A stretch of 64,000 bases of DNA, from NCBI RefSeq assembly GCF_041146345.1, contig NW_027191406.1:248001-312000 (forward strand), written 5' to 3'. Positions within the stretch are counted from its first letter, which is position 1. Every line of letters begins with the position of its first letter. A program made the translations under genes and the position numbers. This DNA is from Neodothiora populina. Its lineage: Eukaryota. The notes beneath the pieces were generated by a model. It saw nothing but the letters and a program-made list of their open reading frames with translations, was not told where the DNA came from and did no database searches. This document shows, one piece after another, positions 36,356-47,331 of the stretch.

Positions 36356-39300
36356 ACGGCTTCTCCAAAGAGGCGCAAGATCTCTCCGCCTGCCGAAGAA
36401 GGTGTAGAGCACGACCACAGTGCACTGTTTGCTCCTCAATTGCATGGTCACGACCGACGACACAACGACAGCGATCAACGTCACTCCTCTCCATCATCTT
36501 CCACCTGCTCTTCCTCTCCTGATCCGCCACCTTCACGTCGCGGCCACCTGGATCCGCCGTCTTCACCATTGCGCTACATCCCTCCTCATCTTCAGAGTCA
36601 AGTGTCCGACCGTCCCCCGTCCGCCTCTGCCGCAAGCTCGCCGAGTGACGCCTACGCCGCTCTGAACCTAAGCGCAAGCAGTTTCTCCGATACCATGTCA
36701 GATGATCGAAATGTTCAGGATGGGGCAGCTGCGAGCCGTCAGAGATCGCTTTCTCCGACCAAGAGGTCTGCGGCACTGATGGAGGGTGCCGGAGAAGAAT
36801 CAGAGATGCACACCGCTCCTTCCATTCCTTCAGATACGGCCATGCCTGACGACACGCAGTCGGACAAGAAAGAGCAAGATGACGACGCCGAAGACTTGCC
36901 CCCACACACGTCCATGGACACGGCGCCTGTCGCCCCGACTGCTGGTGTCGCAGCTGCGACCATTGACGAACAGGTGCAGCAGATCATGGAACTCCTCAAG
37001 GAGCCTCTCACAGAGGGACAGAAGGGCTTCGTCGTGGCACACCGATGGCTAGGGAGAGTGCTGGCGAGAGCGAGCTCATTACCCATGACTGCTCCCCAGG
37101 GCTTTGACAAGGACGCTACAGAGGGCGAGGTTGGCCCAGTCGACAACTCCGACATTCTTCCTCATGGTTCCCAACATACCCTTTCGCCGTTCGAATCGAG
37201 CGAAGATCCTTACGTCCCGCTGTTGCCTGGTCTCACAGTGGGTCAAGAGTTCGAGATTGTCCCCCAGGGTGCCTGGGATCGCATCGTCTCGTGGTATGGA
37301 GTGGCAGAGGGCCAGTTACCGCTTGTCCGCTATGCACACAACACTGCGCCATCTGGCTCGGCAGCGAACATCATCTTCGAGACGTACCCTCCAATCTATA
37401 CCATTCGGAAAATGATCCCGGGGGCGACCCGTCTGTCCATTCCTCCAACTCCGCCCGCCACTTCCAACCCCAGTCAGACGAGCACCGGCAACACGACGCC
37501 AGAGAAGTCTTCCGACCAGGCTTCTGTCAAGATTGTCGCTTCGCGCACTGAGCGTTTCCAGACCTTCCTCGCCAGGAGCAAGAAGGCCGCGGGCATCCCC
37601 CTCGCTCACAAAGTCAAGATTTGGAGACAACTCAACACAGACCATATCAGCAACGAGAATGCACCCTCGACCGAGCCTGGCATGCTCACGCCCGCCACTT
37701 CTCGCAGCACGTCGCCGTCAACTGCACCTGCTGCAGATAGGTCATCGTCGTCTTCGCAGAGCCTTGTTATGGACGCCTCCGTCTTCTCCAAGTGGGAGGA
37801 GGACATCGACTACGAGAAAGTGGATGCAAAGGATGAGACTGCCAACGACAAATACAATGGCAAGGCGACACTGGGCACCCTCGAGCTTGGCCAAGACCAG
37901 GTCTTTGTCCTTGAAGAGCAAGTACGCGGCCCTGCCGGTGGAGAGTATGCATCCGATGCCCGTCGCAAAGCTACAGCCAAGTCGCAAGACGGTGCCGCGA
38001 GCGGAGGTGCAAGCACGCCTTCATCGACTGGCCCCGTCACGAGAGGCCGCACCAAACGCGATGGAAGACCGCGCGGTACCGTTGGACTGACCAACCTCGG
38101 AAACACCTGCTACATGAACTCGGCGCTGCAGTGTATCAGTCGCGTCGAGGAACTTGCTTTGTATTTCCTACACTCCAATTTCAAAAAGGACATCAACCCA
38201 AGCAATCCTCTAGGCTACGGCGGTAGAATGGCCAAAGCCTACGCTGATCTCCTCACCGGCCTGTATGCTCCAGGTGCTACTTCTGCATTCCGTCCCAACC
38301 AGTTCAAGTCTGCTCTAGCTTCTGCTCAACCCATGTTTTCCGGATATGGTCAGCAAGACTCTCAGGAGTTTTTGAGTTTCCTCGTTGATGCATTGCACGA
38401 AGACCTCAATCGCATCCAGAAGAAGCCTTACATAGAGAACCCCGACTCCGATGACAGCACCGTTCACGATCCAGAAGCTATCAAAGCCCTTGGTCAGACT
38501 TATCAGGACAACCACCGCCTCCGCAACGACTCCGTCGCAATGGATCTTTTCAATGGGTTTTATAAGAACACCATGATTTGTCCCGCGTGCGACAAAGTCA
38601 GTGTCACCTTTGACCCCTACTCACTCTTGACCCTGCAGTTACCCATCGAAAACACGTGGCGTGGTCGAATTTACTTTGTCCCTCACCTTGGCAAACCGGT
38701 CACCTACGAGGTCGATATCGACAAGAACTCTACCTGGAAAACCGTGAAGCAGTACATTGCGAGCAAAACCGATAGGCTCACCTACGATCGACTCATGTTC
38801 GCCGAGATCTTCAGCCATAAGATCTACAAAGTGTTCAGTGATAACGAAACCATTTCGGAAAGTGGTGTCCAGTCCAACGATGTCCTATGCATGTACGAGC
38901 TACCGGAGTCTCCAACAAACACCAATCATTCCGTCAAGAAGAACACATACCGGAGCCTTTACTCAAGTCCTGAACCTCCGTTACCCGGCATGGACTCACC
39001 ACTGGCCGACCGCATGGCTATACCCGTCATGCATTCCCTGGGTGCGTCACGGGGGAGTTTGCCCAATGTAGTCTTGAACCCCACCTTCATCCTAGTCACT
39101 AGAGACGAAGCCAGGAACTACGACGCAATATTACGCAAGCTACTTGCTGCAGTCGCGCCAATGACAACGACAGACTTCTTGCATGAATTCAGTCAGGATC
39201 GGCCATTGCCCTCCACCAAAACGACAGAAGGCGATGCAGTTGCGCCTGCAGAGGACAACTCTAGTGCTTCGGCAGACGCGGAAGGTCAGATTACCGACAA

Positions 39301-41313
39301 TTCCGTCCCATCTGAAGATGGATATGTGGATGTTTCGGTGAGAGACGAGTCGGGAGGACCCAAGGCGCAGAGCGCCGAAGGAGTTTTGGAGCCGTCAAAC
39401 TTCCTTCCTGCCGCATTTCGAAATCTCTTCGAGATAAAATACGTCGAGGGCACCTCTGGAGACATGTTCTGCACCGGCACGGGAAGCATTGGTGTCGGAA
39501 AGCTCATGCAAGATCGAGTCCAGCAACACAGCCAGAGACGTGACTCGACCGCATCCCTTCAGTCGACAGCTTCGGAGAGGAGTCAAAAGTCGAGCACGAG
39601 CGCCTTAGCCCGTAGTCCTCCCTCCAGCGACGAAGACGCTCCTGATGTCATCCTCGGCGGGCAGGGCAACGACTTCTCCGGCGACGTACAAAGTGATGAT
39701 GATCTTGCCCAGTCGTCCGTTACCGTTGCGTCGAAGCAGTCTCGACGTCGCGACTTTCATAACAAGCACAAGAACCGAAAGAACAACAAGACTTACTCGA
39801 AGCACGCTCGGCGCAACAGCAAGCAGTCCGCCCGGTCGAACACTTCCCGCGCATCCACTGCACAGCCGACGCCCGAGTCAGACGAGTACTACATTCGTCT
39901 TGGAGAAGGCATTGTTCTGGACTGGCATGAGGAAACTTACGACGCCCTTTTCGCTGGCGATCGGTCAGGCGACGACATGCGCGGCACATTCACATTCGAC
40001 CCCAAAAACATGCCTGTCGCAGAGGACTTGGCTCTTCGGGAAAGACTGACCAAGCGCAAGAAGCGTGCCCAAGACGGCATCACACTAGAAGACTGCTTTG
40101 CGGAGACTGGCAAGACAGAGATATTGTCGGAAGAGAATGCATGGTACTGCAATCGATGCAAAGAGTTGCGACGTGCAAGTAAGACACTGGAAATTTGGAC
40201 CGTGCCGGACATTTTGGTGGTGCATCTGAAGCGTTTCAGCGGAGAGCGATACAGACGTGACAAGGTGGATGTACTGGTTGACTTCCCTCTCGAGGGATTA
40301 GACTTGACGAAGAGAGTCGGATGCAAGGAGGATGGCAAAGATTACGTCTACGATCTTTTCGCCGTCGACAACCATTATGGCGGTCTCGGTGGCGGTCACT
40401 ACACTGCCTATGCGAAGAACTTTTTCGACGGCAAGTGGTATGACTTTAATGGTAAGTTTGTTGACATGATATCCACCGAACTGTACTGACATTGTTGCTT
40501 CTAGACTCGTCGGTGTCGCAGCAAAACCCTAACAAGGTCGCCTCGACGGCGGCGTACTTGCTGTTCTATCGTCGCCGGTCAGACCAGCCATTGGGACCAC
40601 CTGCGCTGCAGGAACTGATCAACAAGGTCAAGAATCCCGACGTCGACGACGCCTCGGATGCCGAATATGACTCTTCGGGGGAAGGGGCGCGTCTCGGCGA
40701 CAGATCCTCAGCTTCCTCTCGCCTGCTGCCTGGGTCGTCGAGCGCTGGAACAGCCGCAGCAGGAGCTGCCAACGAGACGCTTCCACCAAAGGGGGGCGCA
40801 AGTGGCCTTGGCAACGCAGCGAACCAGGTAGCGAGACTGAGGGAGATGAGTGAAGACGACGAAGGGTATTCGTCTGGACCCGTGACGAACCTGACTTCCG
40901 GCTGGGGCTTTGGTGGCCTCGGCGATGAGAACTTGCACAGTCTCAGTGGTGGCAGTGGTGGTGCTGGCAGCGCCAACACCCCCGCAGGAGACGACGACGA
41001 CGACGACGACGCAGCTTCAGATCGACCAGAAATAGGCTCGGATTACGCAGGCTCGAGCGGCGGCGATCGACTGATCAATGATTCCAATGACTTTGACGAT
41101 GATGTCCCTGGACACGGAGGCGATTGGTCTTCCGGCATCAATCAAGACGATGACGACATGTTCATGGATGCCCCCGACGACTCGCTTTATATGGACGCAG
41201 ATGAGAACCAGCCCGAGCAGCAAGAATACGAGATGGAAGCAGGAGGAAAGGTAGTCACATCGTCATTGTCGTCGACCAATGAGCAGCACGGCAACAGCAT
41301 GAATGGAGAATAG
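36356..41313 (+). CDS. UBP12: Ubiquitin C-terminal hydrolase, Ubp12/USP4-USP15 type (DUSP plus USP). First in-frame ATG is 36695; proposed ACG start at 36356
   Basis: DUSP (FVVAHRWL...GPVDNSDI...FEIVPQGAWDRIVSWYG); Cys box GLTNLGNTCYMNSALQC; QQDSQEFLSFLVDALHEDLN; His box YDLFAVDNHYGGLGGGHYTAYAKN. Intron ~40452-40503, then DSSVS...AAYLLFYRRR. Confidence 0.93.
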
Positions 41314-42611
41314 GAATACATTCAGCACGTTGCCATCATGGCCGCGATGAGAGAAGAGGGCTTGGTCATAGAAGAAGAAGAGCAGGAGGACGAAAAAGAC
41401 GCAGCAGACGTGGAAACGCAAGGATGAATGGTTTTGCAGCAGCATTATTGTACATTTCATCTTTTCCTTTCCCTTTCTCTTGTCCGTCTGAATTTCAGTC
41501 TCTATTGTTAATTGATAATCGATAATAAAATAGAGATTATAGTGGTCCTCATCCGTTGTTCCTAGACCATCATTCCCAACCCATCATCCTCACAACCCAT
41601 CTAACGTCTCCCAACCTCCATACTTCGATCTCGTGACACAGCAAGCCTTCCCTTCAAGACCACGCACCGGCCCCTTTTCCTCCGTCTACTCCATGAGAAG
41701 GATCCAGCTACAGGGTAGACTGCCCACGTACAGTAATTAGATAGCATCATCCCCTTTTCTTCCAGAAGCATGCTTACTTGCACTTTTTCAACGAGACATG
41801 GCACGTGACATGTGGGAGATATATCTGGTATGAAACCTCACGTTCGATATGTACATGTTATAGAAGATTGTCTGCCTTACCCTGCGCCGAACCACTGTAG
41901 ATTCTGCTTTTCGGGTCGTTTAGGGGTGGGGTGGTCATCTACAAAGCAGGGCGACCCTGTCTTCTCTGCTTACGGTTTCAAATTCTTGTTTCGTTTTGAT
42001 CTTCACTCTTTTTCTTTCTCGTGTTGTCCTGATAGATTATATATCATCTGCGATCACGCCCCTTCCGTGCCCATATGCAATGACTTGGTGACAGAATGAG
42101 ATGCGAAGGGGGAAAAAGTCTTGTACATGAGCTGTACTTCATGCTGGCAGCTGTAATAGAGAACGCCGTAAGTCATAAATACGTGCATGCTGGCAGAAAT
42201 GGCCATGTCGAGCCTTTTACACTTGGAAAGAGAGGAGAGAAGAGAGTAGAGATGTTTATTGATTCCCTATTTGGTGACGATATCAATGAGAAGCCCAAAC
42301 GTCCAATGCATCGATGCGTTATTTCATCTTCGTTTCGCATCAGCAGCAATTTCAACAGCGGCGATACTTGATACCGGCATGGAAACCATAACGTTCCCGT
42401 CCACCTCGCCCAGCGTTACAAGATCATGGGAATAAAAATTACTCAGGAGAATGGTAGGTGACAAAGGAAATAAATGCAAGAGGATACAAATCGGTCGACG
42501 AATGCTCCGCACGAGCGCTGGCGAGCAAACCGTTACCGAACAAAAACGCATAATGATGATGGAGCGAGAAGGAAAATGGTATATGTAGTGAAAAAGAAAA
42601 ATAGGTCACAG

Positions 42612-44253
42612 TCATGGGATGAAGCTGCGGACCTTTGTTGCAGAGTCGCGTCCGGCAATAGCGTAGAATGCCCCCACGACAGCGACGGCAACAGCGATAC
42701 CCCTGTTTGAAAGTCAGCTCGTGTCCGTATGAAGACAAATCTACCAACAGAACTTACAGAGATCCGGCGCGATCGCTACAGAGCTTACTGAGCCAGTTCC
42801 ATAGGCCAACCTGCTTCGCGTCGCTGTCCTTACTTTCAGGTGCAGGATCGGAGACCGATTCCGACTCCGATGGAGGCGCTACATTATTAGTGGCACTGTC
42901 TTCATGTGCTTGACTGAACTTGGGAGTGGTTGGACGTGGGGCCTTTTGAGGTGCATCGCTTTCATCGTGATTATTCACTTTCGACTGCACCTCACGTGTA
43001 GGAGTCATTGGTGGCGTAGGCGGTCCGCGGTGCACAGGCTCGTGAGCTGATAGCGTGAGCTTGGTCACAGGTTCCTTTTGGTCGGTCATATATTCGGCAG
43101 CACCAGAAGTGACTTCTTGAGCCGAGCCTGGCATAACCGTCGTCTCCTCCAGTTCAGGAATTACTTCCTCGGCCAGATCCTCATCAATTGCATCAAGGTG
43201 GTCACTCGAACCCTTGGACAAAGACGGCGAGGTGGCAGCACTGAAGCTGATAGCAGATGAGAGAGTCGGAGATGGAATTATCGCGTCGAGCGCTGAGCCA
43301 TCATCTGAGGTTCGGGAGCTGACGCGGTGTAGATGCTTGATTATATCATCTCTTGCGGTCGGGAACTTCTCCAGAGTTGGATCGCTGAGGTCTTCGTCCT
43401 CGAATGGATCAGACCTGTGCGAGTTGAAAGAACCGGATCTAGCGGAGCCGCTTGACAGACGAGGACGGGCGCCGGTAGGTGACATACTTTCGTGGCGGAA
43501 GAGAGGTGGAACGTCGTCATCGTTGGCAGGATTTGTGTGTATCCGCGAAAGAGACTCATGTCTGAAAAGTGGGGAGGAGAGGGGCTCCTCGTCATCCTCG
43601 TTATCCTGGTCAGCCTCATCGTTACCAGCATTCGCGTGTATTCGAGAAAGAGACTCATGTCTGAAGAGGGGCGAGAAAGGCTCAATGTCGTCCTCGTCCT
43701 CATCTTCGAGACTAAAGTCAGTATGATGAGGGGTAGGAAGAACACTGTTCTGCGGTTCGTGAGCTGACAAGCCATCCTGTCCTGGATGATGGCCATTGAG
43801 GTCGCTAGTGGCGGACTCTGGCTCCTGAACTGCAGCCGTGGCGTCATCATGTACATGCGTCTGCACTGCATTCTCATGTTCATGGGTCTGCTTAGGTGCA
43901 GAGGTCTGTTGTGCTTTGACCACGAGAAGATTGTTGCGGTTACCAGCACCATCGTCAACTGAACAAGAGGTCAGCTGGTTGTTGCGTCAAGGAGAAGCGA
44001 ATGCAGCAATGAACGTACCAATATCATGTGTTTCGTCAAGAACCCACCAGTCTCCCGGACCTAAGCGGAATTTGTACTGATATTCACCTTCCTCGAGATC
44101 AAACTCCTTCCAAAAGTTCAGCTCTCCACTGTAGTCATCACGCTTGCAGTCCATCTCGATGGGACGCCATGGCTCATCCCCCAGTGACCCTGCTATGAAC
44201 ACAGGAGGCTGTAGGCCGGGGGAGCTGTATGAGATTTTGACCTTTTGTGTCAT
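42612..44253 (-). CDS. CBM48/AMPK-beta-type glycogen-binding domain protein with acidic linker and C-terminal transmembrane anchor; 3 exons (alternative upstream ATG at 44439)
   Basis: VKISYSSPGLQPPVFIAGS...W...GEYQYKFRLGPGDWWVLDE...DDGAGNRNNLLVV (CBM48-like). Introns 43959-44018 and 42703-42757. Last exon LGIAVAVAVVGAFYAIAGRDSATKVRSFIP*. Confidence 0.82.
43480..43710 (-). repeat. Intragenic ~99-bp tandem duplication plus a third partial copy, encoding PLFRHES(L/M)S three times
   Basis: gtgtatccgcgaaagagactcatgtctgaa at ~43537 recurs as gtgtattcgagaaagagactcatgtctgaa at ~43636. Confidence 0.85.
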
Positions 44254-46574
44254 GATGGGACTACCGGAAGCTTTGGAAAGTGATTGCTTGACTGGTCCGA
44301 CCCAAAAAGGTGTTTTTGGTTGAACTGCAAGAGATGCACTCTTCACTTCAGAAGTTCGGTTAGAAGCGGGTAGAGCTTCGTGGGCAGAAGACACAAGAGA
44401 CGGGTCGCTGCGCCGGGCGAAGTCAGTAACTGAAGTCATGATAGCAGCGAAAGTTGGATCTTCAGTGTCGTTCTTTCTTTCTATGTCTTTGTTTCCTGTT
44501 ACTGCGGAAGAAGGAGAAATGGTAGTGCAATAAGAGAATGAAGAAGTGCAGGTTGTCAGGTGATGGATTGATCAATACAAAGGTACAAGGTGAACAAGAA
44601 GCATCTGCAGGTGGGGTCATGTTGCTGAGTGAGATGAAACGTACCTGCTGTATGACGGATATGTGGTGTCAGAAGCTGTGCCGTCTTCTGCTGTACAGGA
44701 AATGGCAGGAACAGCGAGGGTTTTGTTTCAATTTTTTTCTGTCAGAGTGACGACAGCGCAGCAGCAGTCCAGAAAGGTATAGATACTTGGATGGGATTAT
44801 ACAGTGAACAAGGCACAAGGCGGGGCTTTTGGAACGTGGGGAACCAACAAACGGTGAGCGAGACAAGTTTGAGGATTAGTATTTAAAAGCACGAGGCGAG
44901 GAACGATGAAGTTGCAATGAGGATAACAAGGACAAAAACGATCTGCACCTGCGAAGCAACTATACCTCCGTAGAAAAGAATGGAAAGCAAGCTTAGCGTG
45001 ACAGGAAACTGGAATGCAAGAGATGGGAGGGACTGGAATTGGTTGGGCGGAGCTCTGCAGGCTATGATATAGCCTGGCGTGATACCTGCTCTGCCTGGTT
45101 GATACTTTTATACCCCAGCGATTACTTTGTCTCCAGATTGACACTGTATACACCAATGCGCTGGCCGATGAGGAGTTTGCTCATCTCCACAAAGTTCGCT
45201 GTCGTCCCTCACTCCCACCGTTACCGGATTCCTGATGGCACAAGGTAGTTGTGTAAGCTCGATTGCGCTTTGAAGTTTACTTGTGCTCCAGCTTCGCTCA
45301 ATGCTTGCCAGTGACGACAGAAAGCCAAGTCTGGTGGGGATCGAGTTCGCGCCCCGCAGTCTTCCCCGGATGTCAACACAACGGGTAAGGGCAAAGCAAG
45401 GCCGACTCGGCAGGTACCACGAGTATAAACTTTCGACTTCGACCAAGTCCAGACTAGCACTTGTCCCCAACAAGGCTGCACTTGCACAGCAGCAGAACTC
45501 CGCACGAATAGTCGTTGTATCTTGATGGACAAGAAGCACATCGCTTGGGCGACAACACTACGGAGCGGACGGCTCGCTCAACGCTCTTAAACAAAACGCT
45601 GGACGACTGATCGCACGACTTACGATCGATGTGTAGGACACGAAATCGTGTCTCACGAGCCGTCAGACAAGAACATAACACAGTAGAAGCAGACAAAGCA
45701 TTTGATGTAGATCACCCGTGACGACAGGACAACCTGACGATCATGACTTGCCCTGCATGAGGCCTCGAACTCTCGGGACAGAGAGACAAATACCCAGTAC
45801 GCAGGTATCGACGTAGACGGTCATGTCCAGAAAGTATCTCGAGGTATTCCGGCGACAGACCCGAGGAGGAGGTACTGTACCGTGACTTGCCCCGCCTGTT
45901 AGACCCAGACATAAATACCTTTGTGGCTAAGCGGATCTTAGGGAGACGCATAGATTCTTTGCAAAAGTTACAGTTCGTCTATTTGCAAGCTGGCGAGTCG
46001 TAGCGCTACCGTGTGTGCATGCAACATGTTCGCCGTTCACAGAGTCGACCAGTAGAGCGTTGACGGTAACAAAATTAGAGGACCACCGGGTTCTGTCTCA
46101 ACGCTGGATGCAGAACAGGCATTATAGATTCTTCTAAAATGAGGCTCACGATCGCAAGCGAAGAGAGCGCGGGAGCCAACGGATGGCGAACATAAATTGC
46201 GTTCGACAGGTTGTCGCACTGATGGCTGACAATGATCATAATTCGCCAGCGTCTTCTGTTGTCCTCTCGCATTGTAGCAGCAGACATAAGGCTTCGTCTC
46301 CACAGGTTTCGAGGGAATGTAGGCTCATAGGGTACCGTAGCGGTACAGAGGGAAATCTTGGTATACCAACCAGCGCGATTGACTCGTGGCGGAGTGAGAC
46401 GAAGTGTACGGAGGTAGAGATAAGAGGTAGAGAAATATGAATAAGGCGTCCAAATAGTGATGTCTCCTATAAGCACGCCTCTCTGGAGTTGCTCAAGGCA
46501 AGACCCCCAGGATTTCGCCACCCCCCCCCAGAGAATAACCCCATATATACCCCCTCCAATCCCCGTACATTCAA

Positions 46575-46868
46575 TCAGGCGCCACTACCCACCGGCTTAG
46601 TCGGTGGAGTGGCCAGTCGCCAGCCTGAAAAAAATCAGTCCTGTACGGAGCATGAGAGGTCCCTGGTTCGAGCCACCGTCGCGTGATAGCCCTTCGACAA
46701 ACCAGAGTTAGACTTACGCTTCCTTCCTCATGTGCCATTTCCCCTACGTTGTGAAGGGGCGTAGTGCAAACTACGCGAACTTCTACACTTGGGAAAATGG
46801 TTGAATACAGCTGGTTTCTTGCCCCCCTCCGTGGGGGGAAAGTTTTGCTCGGATTTGGAGTAACAATG
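46575..46868 (+). ncRNA. Unclassified structured RNA candidate with Pol III A-box/B-box-like elements
   Basis: Multiple nested helices with G-U pairs on the + strand; GCAA tetraloop hairpin; CGGCTTAGTCGG (46593-46604) and GGTTCGAGCC (46665-46674); upstream ATATATA; no credible ORF. Confidence 0.55.
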
Positions 46869-46950
46869 ATGGAGGCTTTAGTATCTAAGTTTATTCGATG
46901 ACGCTCTTCAGAAGTGGTCCGTCGAGAAGAGGAAGAAGCATTATCAAAAA

Positions 46951-46982
46951 TTGGATAAAAGTTGGATAAAAATTGGATAAAA
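46951..46982. repeat. Tandem repeat TTGGATAAAA(R) x3
   Basis: ttggataaaa g ttggataaaa a ttggataaaa, read directly. Confidence 0.9.
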
Positions 46983-47331
46983 GAACTAACACTTGCCCGC
47001 GCTCAGCCTCTTCTTCCTCCACGTGGCAAGACTACGAGCTGGCCTTCTTCTTTTGCGTTGTTTTCATGCCATGTACCTCCATGAGAAATTCATGATGGAC
47101 ACGCCGACTGGACAGGAAATCCCCTTTAGGCAGTTCCAGTCAATCGAGAGAAAGATGACATGTATACAGCTCGGTTCGTTACCACGCCCTACCCATCGTC
47201 TTTTGTTCCGCTAGCCTTGATGCGTATGAGACCGACTGATCGAGCCATAAGACATTAGCGGGGGTTAGCGGGGGTCCGTCGTCCAGATCTATGGAGCGAA
47301 AGTATGATCCAGAGTGGGTGGGCACAACAGC

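Noticed and set aside
46585..46680. A second tRNA gene (D-loop-like and T-loop-like motifs)
   Set aside because: T-stem, anticodon stem and acceptor stem do not pair; the motifs are embedded in other helices.
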